From Leptogorgia sarmentosa (Eukaryota): a stretch of 64,000 nucleotides of DNA. Below are positions 13,201 to 24,149 of the stretch, piece by piece. The stretch is taken from assembly GCA_964658305.1 (NCBI GenBank), contig OZ210885.1, positions 12,338,001 to 12,402,000 of the forward strand, in the 5' to 3' direction. Every line of letters begins with the position of its first letter. Within the stretch, counting starts at the first letter, position 1. The notes beneath the pieces are model-generated. The model made no database searches. It saw only the letters and a program-made list of their open reading frames with translations, and was not told the origin of the DNA. Position numbers and translations under genes: made by a program.

Positions 13201-16200
13201 GATGGTAATTTTTGGATGCTGTCATCCCGCATAGTTTTTGGGAAAATCTCCGAAAAAAAGATGAATTTTTGCTATTTTCATGGGTTTAAAATGTTGAATG
13301 AAGACAAAACTACGAGAAGGCATATCTTTTCGTTATATGTTTCGTTCGTTTAATGTTAAATTTTTGCGGGTACATTTTGTGATTCGAATATTGCATTGGA
13401 ATGTTCAAATTTGAATTAATTTTTTTTTCAACCTTGATATTTATATACATAATTATATTACTCGCATGAATAAATGGGAACATAGTGGGATTCTGTGATT
13501 GAATTTTAAGTCGCGAATAGGCTATCGGTAGCAATTTTTCTGTCTCAGTTTGAAACTTGGATTTCATTTTCATTTCATCCGATGCTACCAGACACGTTTT
13601 ATTTCCCATCACTCTTCGTGTGATTTGCCAGAAAAATGGCGGGAAAAAACCCATTAGAAATCTTGTATAGAATTGTAGTATCACCGATTTACTAGTGCAG
13701 CGTTCTGATCAGGCTGAAGAGATCTACTACTGAACACACCAGTTATTTGGAGAGATACTGCAGAAAAGTTCTCAGTTTCATTGCGGGAAAATATGTACAA
13801 CCAGCCGTGATCGCGACACAAATAATGCTATAATATACAACATTAATAATAATAATATAATAATCAATAGTCACGTTTTTTTTGGATGGTCCTATATATA
13901 GCTTGTCAAACATCGATGGACCTTGTCTTCCTTCTCGATAACTCTGGTAGTGTGGGAAAAACAAATTTCAAAATGGTGAAAGATTTTGTAAAGTGTTTGA
14001 TAGATTTCTTCAAAATTGGTTTTTATGGCACCCATGTCTCTGTGGTGACTTATGATAAAGACACGACTATAGAATTCAATCTTGTGAAATATTTCACAAA
14101 ACACGAGCTGCGAAATGCGGTAGATGACATCAATTATAAGGGGTTTCTGACCTACACTGGCGAGGCATTGAACATGGTGAGACAGGAAGTTTTGACTGCG
14201 GCAGCTGGGATGAGAACTGATGATGGTAAGTTATGATGATTGTATAATTAAAATCACGTGTCCTGTTTACTGTGTAACCTTTAATTCAAGCAAGGAAACT
14301 CAACTGTTACGATAGTGGAGCACCTAGTAATCCTCATTTTATTTCGAATTAATATAGCCTCTCGTGTCTTAAATGTAAATAAGCTTTTCCATCACGTATT
14401 CTAAGGATCATGCTATGTGCGGGAAAGAAGCTTCATATATTCACTCTTGAACTAATTTTAATTCCTTCAAACTCCTTCATTGATCCTGTCTTACAATTTT
14501 GAAAACAAAATTGGAGTTCTCCTTATACACTCTGCTCTTAATTTTGTTTATCTTTATGTTTATCTCAGCGATTCCGAAAGTGTTATTGTTGCTGACGGAT
14601 GGTTATTCGAACGGTGTAAATCCACACAATCCTGCAAATGGACTACGAAATTCGAATGTTAACATATTCACCATTGGTGTTGGTGTTGGATCTTCTGTGT
14701 CTGATTTAGAACTGAAAGGAATCGCTTCTGATCCTGACGAAGATCATGTCTTCAAATTACGTTCTTTCAATCAATTGCAACTGGCTGGTTTTTCAAATAG
14801 ATTAAGCGCTGCAATATGTGGCGGTAAGTTTCGTAAGGATTCTCACCAGAAAAATGAGATATTTTCTTTTCAATTTCTTTTCCTCCAAGTACTTCACAAA
14901 CATTGGCAACCCAGGGATAGGGCAAACTAAAACTGTGGTTAATAATATTTTCTACATTACAATTTTTACCACTTTGTAACTTCCTTCCCTTATTTAATGT
15001 TGGAATGTGATAATCACGTGCAGCATAAGTACTATAAGTGATGATGCAGCATAAGTGATAGGCGGCTGTGTGCTGTAAAATAGGTGATTTAATTGCGATT
15101 GAGCAAAAAAAAATTAATGAGCATGTCTATGAGTTTTGGTAACTAGTTCTCTGCAGGACCTCAGCTCGTATTTTCCAAATATCAATTTAGAGAATTTAAT
15201 GCTGGCCGACAGTGACGTGAAAAGCGAAATAGACACGAAAACATTCAAGAACAACGAAGCAGGTAAATACTCAAAGTTTGTGGTTATAAGTATTCAGTAA
15301 ACGTACCAATCACGTACTTCATCTTGTAATATGTTGTGTATACTTGTGCCTGTCACTTTACAAGGAAATTAATCGCTACATACAATATATATACTTACAA
15401 TAGTAATGAGTATTTGGTGAATAACAGGCCTTTCGTTAGAACATTAATTGGTTGGGGGGGGGGGGGGAAGGAGGGGGTGCATATTCACATTTTGGCGTTC
15501 AGCCGACTGATTTGTTTTGAAATTAATTCATAAACAACTGATTTGAAACAAATCAGTCGGCAGAACGCAAAAATCTGAATATGCACCCCCCCCTCCCAAT
15601 TAACGTTCCAGCGCCGGCTATCATGAATACTTACAATAATAATATATAACTGCAACCATTTTCAATTTATAAAATAATCCAGCCTGATGCATTTTTAAAC
15701 ATTCCTGTTTCATATCGATAAATCTTTTTGGCAGTAAATATGTCGCACGCTATCTCTCCTATGGATATCTCATAAATACCATAAATGGCCTAACTCCATA
15801 ACAAACAGTGACGCTGCAGATCTCAAAGGTTTCAACCGTGAAAATAGGCAACTGCGCTATTGGTCGTTTTCACTAATCTATGAAACATAACAGAAAATGA
15901 TGTACGTTTCAGTCTTTATGTCTTCAGAATACCGTATTTGCTCGATCGACGCTCGATCAAATTTTCAGCGCTTATTCGAGGGCGGCGCTCAATCGAGGTG
16001 GCGGTCTTTAGAAATTTTTATGTATGAATAGTAAAATGGACCATTAGCCGAGCTTGAGAATGCACTCGTTTCAACTCAAATGGATAGTGGTGAAGGAAGA
16101 TAAATTTCCTAGGTTCTCTTGTTATTAAAATGTCTTCTACTTTTGTTTTTTATCAGCTTCTTGAATAATTATGACGGCGTTTCGAATATACGCTGCATGT

Positions 16201-19200
16201 TCTTCATAACCAGAGCGGAGCTCATTCGGGGGCGGTGTTCATTTGGGGGAGCCGCTCTTTAAAAATTTTCGCTATCTGATGCTGCGCTTATTTTTGGGGC
16301 TCAAACGAGTAAATACGGTATGGCTTTTGGTCGAGAAATCGTGATAAAACGCACGTGTAGCATTACGACGTGTCACGTGACCTTTTATGTAAACAAAGCG
16401 CGAAAGTTGGGACAAGCGTGCGTGTTCCAACTGTCAACAGCAAATAAATTGTCGATGATACCCAATGAATACTCGCTATGAATCTGAAACGTTTCGTAAA
16501 ATGAATGTTACTCAAATTAAAAAAAATTAATTGAAAGAGGAGACAGTGTAACCTGCTTCTTCTATAGGAAGAATCGGTATTCCTTTCATGCCAAGTGCGA
16601 CTACCGAAGAAAATAAATTAATAATTTATGTTATTATATGGACAGCGGTATTTTATTGGGAACTAAAACACTCGTAGAACTCATACGCCACTACATCCGG
16701 GATACGGTGCGCGTATTTTCCGTATGTCACGCTTAGGGGTGACATAACCATCCCGCCTTTTTCGCTGTTTACAAATGGCTTCTACCTTCTACTTCAAGGT
16801 TTGTGAATTTAAGCGAAGACGATATTAGTACGTTTTGCGACGAACAATAAAGCTACAATACTACAATAAACTACAATAAAGCGGTATTTTATAATCTATA
16901 TTTATAGTAAAGGCTAATTTTAAAGCCATTAATTGTCGTGTTTTAGACTGCATGTTTTCATTAAAAGAGTAGTTGTTGTGTATTTGTGTCACTCTGAATA
17001 AGTCCATATAATAAACAGAACATTACACGGTTCGCTCGAAGATATGGATTTTATGTTCTCGTGGCAAGAACAATATCTCACTCGTTCGCTGCGCTCACTC
17101 GTGAGATATTGTTCTTGCCACTCGAACATAAAATCCATATCTTCTCGCAACCGTGTAATATCCTATATATACGGAGATATATATCGACTCGCCACTGTTT
17201 GGCTTATACGATATATTTAGTTATTATTTTACCATTCAACTACTTAGCTACGATAAACCAGGTCTCGCTGCCTACATGTCATTTGCAGACTACAGTTTAT
17301 TTAAACATGGCTATGAGGAGCGACTACAAACAAAAACACTGACTAATGAATCCCTCCACGTTTATGTTGGAATGGTGAGACCAGCCATGAAAGTAAAGAC
17401 GGACGATGAGAAAACCATGCTATAATCTTTGGTTTGAGCTCGAAGGAAAGGGAGCAAACTGAGGCAGTGTTATAACAGCAAAATGCCAATCAAGGGCGTC
17501 AATCCGTCCCAAAAAGTGGGGGGGGGAACATAAGCGTACGGGCTACATTTTTTCAGGGGGCAGAAAGATCTTTGCCCGAATTTAAGGGTAGTGAATGTCA
17601 CGAGGCGCCACCATGGTTGGCGCCGAGCGAGAAATTTTTGAACTTTTACAACATCTGGATTGCTGGAAACGGCGATTTCAGAGTCCTAACTCCACTTTCT
17701 TGGTACGCTCGTTCAGGTGAACGACTGTAGGGTTGTTGACATTATTTGAATTTTTTTGGGGGCAGTTGCCAATATAATTTAGGCAAGAAATTCGGCGGAA
17801 TTATTTTAGTAAAAATCGTTCCCAGAACGCTGAAAATGGTATTTGTGCATGATGTTTCAAATTTCAAAAATTTTCAAGGAAGATTGCCCCCAGACCCTTC
17901 TAGAAAGGGGCACGCCTCGTACGCCTATGGGGGGGGGGGACAAAAATCTGTCTGTTGTAAAATAGTAATGAAACGTGCCCCTTTCTAGAAGGGTCTGGGG
18001 GCAATCTTCCCCGAAAAATTTTGAAATTTGAAACATCTTGCACAAATACCATTTTTCAGCGTTCTGGGAACGATTTTTACTAAAATAATTCCGCCGAATT
18101 TCTTGCCTAAATTATATGAGAATTTTTTGTCGATGTCGAATGTGTATTATTCGAATACGTATTATTTTTAATAAAACAATAAAGATTTGAATCGCGAATG
18201 AAATGATTTCTTTAACAATTATATCAATTGTACATACAATGATCAATAAAAACGAAAGCAAATTTGAACGTGTGTACGTGGCTGAGGTTCGTTTATCACC
18301 TTTCCAATTAGGATTTCATTCGCAGAACTATTCGAAGGCTCTGAATAGTTTTCTTCTGATCTCAGATTGTTTATTGCACTTCACAATTCACGATGTATAG
18401 CATACAGGCATGGGGTTTTAAGATTACCAAAAAACAATTTTTTTTAAACATGATAAAAAGTGGGGGTGGGATAATTAGATATTCGTCCCCCCACTTCAAA
18501 AAGTGGGGGGGACGCGTCCCCCTATCCCTCCCAGGATTGACGCCCTTGCTCGTATGTGATCTTCGCTATAAGCATTGCTCTTTCTTTTTGGGTCCCAAGC
18601 ATCTCAGATGTTTTTTAAATGTAACCAAACAGTCGTATTGAATGATGTGGAGATACGAGGCCATTTTAAAGGCAGCTAAATTAAGCATCTCTCGTTGATG
18701 CTGCAGTATGTAGCAGAATTTTAAGTTCTTGCCATGAGTTCAGTACGAGTTTGACTTTGTGGTCCAGAACATCGCAGAACATGGCCTTGTAGCCGATATC
18801 CCAGACTACTGTATTTTAGTTGGCGTTAACATTGCGTTGGCGATGTTTGTTTAGATATCGACGAATGTGAAAATACATCTATTTGTCACCAGAATGCCAC
18901 TTGCGATAACAACATTGGATCATATACGTGCACGTGCAATTCAGGATTATTTGGAGATGGTAAAGACTCCTGTGTTGGTAAGTTTTGTTTCAAAATCGTG
19001 CCTAAAAAAATCTGTGGAAATACAATATGATCGCATGTAATATGAGGGCGATATAGCTAAATATGATGGCCTCCTGCATTTACGGATACGTCGATACAAC
19101 CTTGAAGATACCAAGCGTTTTTGACGATTCAACACGGGGACGTCATACAACGGCTTGAGTCCCGGGGCCAGAATGCTCCAACGACCACAAAGAAAGCGAT

Positions 19201-22162
19201 TTATGCGACACTGTTGAAAAATACTCAGTAATATCGTCAATGTATCTTAACTGAGCCATCAGTTCGGGACTATAGGGGGCAGTGTTACGCGTTTATATTA
19301 GGCTCGTTGATATAGTATGAGTTGGGGATGAAATAATATTATTGACGGAAAACCTAAATTGTTTACCATTTCTTCAACGGTTATAGTTAATTGTTCAAAT
19401 CTGGGTTGAGACCAATCCTACACGGTTATAAAACATATATCCAGTGTTTCGATTAGTGTATGTGATATGATAGTCACTCAGAAATCTAAAATTTAAAATT
19501 GTTTTGGTCAAACCTACACAGTAAATGCTTACAACGAATTTACAAAAGTATTTTGTTTGAATAGTAAAGATAAGTAAAAGACATCAAACAAATCTATGAT
19601 CTGTATAGCTAACACAGTCTTCAAGTAAATTGCTCCTGTTTTGTACAAATAGGTCAACTATCGGCTATTGAGCTATTTATTTGGTTAATAAAATTCAAGT
19701 GTTTACAAAACGAAAACTTTTTCACATCCACTGTTTTGGCTAAAAGGCTTCGATCGAGAAACTACGTACAGAAATTGTGGGGCAATTACCCGCCCCCCCC
19801 CCCCCTTCAAAATACATAAAGAATGCCAGAATGCGAGACACTGAGCCATGAGATGATCAAATAATCTACACTCTACAGTATGCACTATGCACAATTGCAT
19901 ATCCTGATATCAGTATTTTTGTAGATTTTGAACAATTTTAATCGGGTAGGAGACATCACTACAGTGACTATACGCTATGCCGTTTGTGTTTCCACTTAGA
20001 CAAAAACCACGATAAACTTTTGTCTAATTTAGCCCCCCCAAAATAAAATATGTTCCACCGCCCCTGAGAGCCCGCGTTATATATACATGTTATTTTATAA
20101 AAAGGAATAACAACCTCTTTTGTGGTGCCTAGTTCCAAATGAGAAAAACTGTGCCGTTGGTCCTGAAACGTCCCTCGCCCTTCGGTCAGGGGCTGTTTTC
20201 AACACCCCGAGCACAGTTTTTCTCATCCGGACCACGCAACCAGTAAATAACATGTACATATGGAAAACTAAGAATGTCAACGATTTACAAAACTAATTAA
20301 AAACAATAACGAATTTAATAACAATTATGCCACTGAATTTAAACTTGCACCAAATGAGTAGCGATGGGTTTTTCCCGGCCGTCCAACAGATAGCAGTTAG
20401 ATCTGCCCTTTACGTTTTAATAATGGTAATTGCAATGAGTGAAGTGCAATTTGGTCTGAAATCAAGCGCCAGACTACAACAATATTATAATACTGCAAGA
20501 TGAGTTTCAAACCAATAGACGCATCATGTCAAAATCCACCTGGTTCATTGTCTTGCAGAGCCTTATTTGCACTTCTTTATCGGCTTTAAAATAACGGACG
20601 CTCAAAATTTGCGAAAAACTTCGGTTAGCCTGGGTAATCACCTTCTGGTATATCTAGCACACATTCATTTTAAAAACCATTTTTTTCGAATGGAAAACGT
20701 GTTACTGAAAGCGAAAGGCACTTTAAAAACGGATTGAGCACAAAAAATAAGTTTTCTTCACACAATTTGATTTGATCTGGTGAAAATATTGAGTATGTTA
20801 TACAAGCTAATCAAGTCTTGAGAAATTTGGTGCACGCTGAGTTTCTTCGTGTAATTACCGACCTTTGGGATTGGCTTGCAAATTTGCATTGATAATTTCT
20901 GCAAATATCCAATTATGCATAAATAATCGGCAATCACGCAGAAAACGGCCCAAAATGCAGTTTTCAGACGTGTCTCTGTTGTCTCTGCGAGAATTAAATT
21001 TCACAAAAAATTTATGACTTGTACAACATGCTCCATATTTTGACTCGATTGAGTCAAATAGCGTGAAAAGAATTCAGTTTTTGTGCGCAAGCCTTTTTAG
21101 AGTGCGTTCCAGCGACACATTTCCTACTCTAAAAAAGATAGATTTTTACATAACTCAGTGCTAGATGTCCCAGAGGGTGTTAATCTACCTTGGTTAACAG
21201 AAAATTTCACAAAAATCGTGCGCTCGTTATTTTAGGGAATATTTCCACCAGTAGACTTTTTTTATACACCCTGTATAGTCCATGTAATAATGATAAGTAG
21301 AATCTCGCATGTCGGAAGGTGTATCATTTACCCCCAAACGCATGTCATGTCACAGAATGCACAAAAACACACTTAATAGTCTGTTTCTCAATTGACATTC
21401 TTTTCGCCGTTATAGAACACAAGTTATGAAACGCGCAGTTTTAGATTGCAAATCCAGTGTTCACAGATCATAAAAACAATCGATTCCAATTAACGATATT
21501 CAACAGTGGCTGCAGTTCTTTCTCTAACCAGTGTAATCCAAGTTTATGCATGCATTTCTACCAATTTTAATAATTTCAATTGAATGTTACATGTGTTCCA
21601 CCAATTTCGATAAAGTTCCCCTAAATCGACAACAGAAACACTCGATAGGCGCCTATTCTTATAATGGGCAGGATCGAGCAATGTTATAGCAGGGAAACAA
21701 GAATACTTGATCCAGAGAATAATGCAATGTTTTTCCTATACAGTTCAACCAAGTTCATCGATCAACATCGGCTTCATCATTGGAATCGTAGTCGCGGCTG
21801 TGGTTGTAGTGGCAGTAGTTATTTTCACAGTGTGTATCCTCTTCAAAAGAAAAACAGTCATAACAAACCAGAGAAATATTGAGAATAATGAAAATACTGG
21901 TTATGACGACGTCTTGTCACCACGTATAGATCTACCGCAAATACCAGATTCCCAAAGTGGATACGAAGAACCATCGCCGTACGCACAACTTGACAAATCG
22001 AAGAGAGTTCCTATTGCTGCAAATTATCAAAGTTTGACTGTTGAGAAATATCAAGCACAACCACACAAAGATTTTCAACAGCATTCTACAACAAACATGA
22101 GTAGCAATGGAACTGGAAGTAGTGATTCTCCGAAAGAACTTGAATACGTGATAGTTCCCTGA
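7178..22162 (+). CDS. Gene 1 (whole model): ~700-aa type-I membrane protein, SP - unassigned domain - 2 cadherin - vWA - cbEGF - TM - Tyr-motif tail
   Basis: Exons 7178-7241, (8149-8190?), 8715-8843, 8934-9058, 10037-10191, 11544-11823, 12233-12467, 13902-14225, 14569-14823, 18855-18977 and 21744-22162 have GT-AG boundaries with compatible phases and join into one open frame. Confidence 0.8.
8149..8190 (+). CDS. Gene 1 possible mini-exon completing the signal peptide
   Basis: Acceptor TTCAACAG; phase-1 frame GRSHAATTSPKRPC supplies an SHA-A-like cleavage site. The donor (GTGTAC) is weak. Confidence 0.35.
8369..8637. mobile_element. MITE-like element
   Basis: Imperfect terminal inverted repeats GGGGCGTAGCGATG / CATTCGCAACGCCCC with poly-G and poly-C subterminal tracts. 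Confidence 0.5.
8715..8843 (+). CDS. Gene 1 exon, unassigned N-terminal domain (not in ORF track)
   Basis: TTTAG acceptor; RFLIDSCKVAETAVKRESFKYFNTTFDVVTENEIIIEVQDLV; donor G|GTAAGT; phases 1/1. Confidence 0.8.
8934..9058 (+). CDS. Gene 1 exon, unassigned N-terminal domain (not in ORF track)
   Basis: CTAG acceptor; GISYLYASAKSSIPGPLDSDSVKNETDGGARVVSVKLDDETK; donor AAG|GTAGAT; phases 1/0. Confidence 0.8.
10037..10191 (+). CDS. Gene 1 exon, end of N-terminal domain and start of cadherin repeat 1 (not in ORF track)
   Basis: ATTTAG acceptor; TVYVGVQGQRDYNKFKLIFWDNLFKNGGRFEVNVTEDPREIISLNMVSHSY; donor AA|GTACGT, phase 2, matching the next exon (C ATG AAG). Confidence 0.8.
10300..11024. mobile_element. 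PIF/Harbinger-type (Tourist-like) MITE in an intron
   Basis: ~48-bp TIRs GGGACCGTTCATTATTTATGCCTCGGGGTGGCACCGAAGAGAAAAT; TAA duplicated on both sides. Confidence 0.9.
11073..11499. mobile_element. MITE with imperfect TIRs
   Basis: CC..GTTT.CACTGCAGTGTTTTT at the left end and AAAAAACACTGCAGTGGAAACGCGG at the right. It supplies the spurious N-terminal part of ORF 11302-11877. Confidence 0.6.
11544..11823 (+). CDS. Gene 1 exon, cadherin repeats 1 and 2
   Basis: MKYYISAGDNSTFRI...LDHAITSHYSVVVIAQD...VQINVIDPSDIYPIFKKKEYTASIPRNAKKGAFVIK fits the cadherin pattern; TTTTAG acceptor, AAG|GTATTT donor. Confidence 0.88.
12233..12467 (+). CDS. Gene 1 exon, cadherin repeat 2
   Basis: FETTDSDSGDSRKITYTI...FNVDSNGDVTLERRLNFDSESFYTLTISAED...LKISVID; polypyrimidine-CAG acceptor, G|GTATTG donor. 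Confidence 0.9.
12865..13110. mobile_element. MITE with 3-bp CAG target-site duplication (Harbinger-like)
   Basis: TIRs GGCCAGTTGTTCAAA / TTTGAACAACTGGCC; CAG flanks both ends. Confidence 0.8.
13902..14225 (+). CDS. Gene 1 exon, vWA domain first half
   Basis: CQTSMDLVFLLDNSGSVG (MIDAS DxSxS)...HVSVVTY...FNL...TYTGEAL; phases 1/1; donor GTAAGT. Confidence 0.92.
14569..14823 (+). CDS. Gene 1 exon, vWA domain second half
   Basis: IPKVLLLLTDGYSN...VNIFTIGVG...ELKGIASDPDEDHVF...AICG; CAG acceptor, GTAAGT donor; phases 1/1. Confidence 0.92.
15425..15620. mobile_element. Palindromic MITE
   Basis: Arms GGGGGTGCATATTCA...GCCGACTGATTTGTTT / AAACAAATCAGTCGGC...TGAATATGCACCCCC. Confidence 0.7.
15932..16318. 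mobile_element. Tc1/mariner/pogo-type MITE
   Basis: TIRs CCGTATTT(G/A)CTCG / CGAGTAAATACGG, flanked by TA on both sides. Confidence 0.75.
16631..17168 (+). mobile_element. Hairpin-ended non-autonomous element, family A (longer copy); Crypton- or Helentron-like
   Basis: 13-bp inverted repeat TTATTATATGGAC (16631) / GTCCATATAATAA (17002), followed by a ~137-nt hairpin (17023-17159). Short coding remnant SRFVNLSEDDISTFCDEQ at ~16794-16847. Confidence 0.75.
17491..18548. mobile_element. MITE with TIR CAAGGGCGTCAATCC, containing a nested MITE (~17529-17929)
   Basis: Outer TIRs CAAGGGCGTCAATCC / GGATTGACGCCCTTG; inner TIRs CATA(A/G)GCGTACG / CGTACGCCTATG inserted in a poly-G run. Confidence 0.75.
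18855..18977 (+). CDS. Gene 1 exon, calcium-binding EGF-like domain (not in ORF track)
   Basis: DIDECENTSICHQNATCDNNIGSYTCTCNSGLFGDGKDSCV: six Cys and cbEGF consensus; TTTAG acceptor, G|GTAAGT donor; phases 1/1. Confidence 0.95.
20081..20260. repeat. Degenerate long-hairpin element (family E)
   Basis: Arms TACATGTTATT...ATGAGAAAAACTGTGC / GCACAGTTTTTCTCAT...AATAACATGTA; apex CC-TTC-GG, which is a GAA triloop on the minus strand. Confidence 0.65.
20860..21275 (+). repeat. Dispersed DNA-transposon-like repeat; second copy at ~52690-53110
   Basis: Shared ACTTGTACAACATGCTCCATATT...AACTCAGTGC.AGATGT.CCAGAGGGTGTTAATCT..., ending CCCTGTA (TA-flanked TIR-like end). Confidence 0.7.
21744..22162 (+). 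CDS. Gene 1 terminal exon: transmembrane helix and cytoplasmic tail
   Basis: CAG acceptor, phase 1; hydrophobic IGFIIGIVVAAVVVVAVVIFTVCILF then KRK; tail with YDDV, YEEP, YAQL, YQSL and YVIV; TGA at 22160-22162. Confidence 0.88.
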
Positions 22163-24149
22163 CAATCTATGACCTTTCAGGTCAGTCTCATGTCTTCATG
22201 TCGCTTTGCCCGCGCGAGCTGAGCGAACATGTTTTACTTTTCGTTAAGGGTGTTGAATATTAGCGTTCCTTGTCTGATTTTGCCCGCGGGGACACGCTTA
22301 CAAGCTGAGCTTTATTCAACTTTCTTGGCGTGCGCGCTGTACAACTGACTTTCACGAGATGGCAAAGCGACTGTAATGGAAACCGCCCTTAGTAGAGTAT
22401 ATATATATATATATGTATATATTTGTTTTCTAATTTTTGGTATGTCTCTCCAGCAGTAAATTTTTAGCTGCATGGAATGCTCCCATAAATCGTAATTGTC
22501 TTCTGCATCTTTAATATAACAGTCTGAACTTAACTATCATGTCAACGTCATGTCCCTAAGGACGTAATTAACAACCGTTCAGTTTGAACCAATTGAAACA
22601 AGTTGCGATGTGTCTGATAATGATCATTTTCATTCGTGAAAATGAAGCAATCCGATTGGCTAATACGGCTTTCGCAGCGGGGCATTGTGAACCTCTGCGA
22701 AAAATTGTAAACTGAAAGAATAAAAATTGTATTTTAAGAAATATATGATGATATATTATTGATAAAATTGATTTGCTCGTTGAAAAAACATTCTGTTCAC
22801 TCTTTCTTGTCCACAGTTTGTTTTGTCCTTTGTGCGGGAGTAAATGGCCGTTCCGAAATTTTACCCGGCCTCGCCCCTGGCTTACGCCCGGACGACGCTT
22901 CGCGCCGACAGATAAATTTTTTGGGATCACTTCGCGACTCGGTTACTAAGCATTCATTTACTTTATTATGTTGTATTGCAAAATCTATTCATATAAAAGG
23001 TTTTTACAGACAATTTTGCCGAGCTTCGTTGGCTCAGAGGTTCTGGTCCCGACTCCCCAGCAGCGACCCTGCAGTTTCGATTCTCGCGTGTTGGCTTTTT
23101 GTCATTTTGTTTTTTTCTCATTTTGTTGGGGTTTTTTTTCAAGATTTTTTTCTCAGCATTTTGTTGTTAGGGTCAGAATTACTGTTTGGGCCTGGATAAG
23201 AAAAACAAAAAGAAAAGAAAAGACAATATTTTCTGTTTAGAGTCAGAATTGGATCAGTGCTTGGTAACCAAGCCGTGAAGTGATCCCAAAAGTGCGACAA
23301 AACTGGAAGGGTATACTTCTGGAAATTTGAAGCCAAAATATGCAGCATCGGCCCCAGTACGTATTTTGCCTATATGTTCGGGGAAAGAAAAGACAAATTA
23401 CACCAGATAGATGTTTCTTTATTGAAATATTGTGAGCGTATGTTAATTTCTGCATATTACTTGCCTTTATTTATATTTACACATTCAATATTTGCCTCTA
23501 TAATGGCACGCAACTGCTTTTGTGCGCTTCCATTTAATGCAATAGCAACGAGACTTTTTTACTATGAAAACAGTCCCCAAGGCAAATGTTTTTCATTTCA
23601 TATTTCTGCTAATACTAATATTGAGCATTAATTAAAATTTTAAAATTATATTCTGCCCGTGCTATATATCTTTTACCAAATTAATTCTACACTAACTAGC
23701 GGAGCGCGCGGCATTCGAAATTATATGTATGATTAAAAGCATGCAAAGACTGTTCATGTATAAATAAAGAACAATACGATGGAACATTGGTAGGTGTTAT
23801 TTTTTAACATTGTTTATTATTTCGTAATTCACTAAAATTACTCGGGGTTTTGAAGGAGAACATTTTAAAAAGGCTATCTGTTCATTAGCAGTTTCATATT
23901 AGGCTATTAGCTACTATTTCTTGAATTTCGCAAAACAAAATTCCGTACGTGCTTATATGTGTGTGTGTGGAATTAATAAATTTGGTTTTTGACACTTTAA
24001 TTGTCATGTCAAAACAGTAGTTTAATTTATAACAAAAGTTGTCGATTATAAATCTCCCTATTGAAACAGTGAATACATCTGCGTTCATAATAGTTGAGTC
24101 CGGACAGAAAAAAACTGCAGGAACACACGTACGGTTTTATTTTAAAGAG

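Noticed and set aside
7178..22162. Calling gene 1 Hedgling or a classical cadherin
   Set aside because: No Hedge domain, vWA is C-terminal to only two cadherin repeats, and there is no SH2 or catenin-binding domain.
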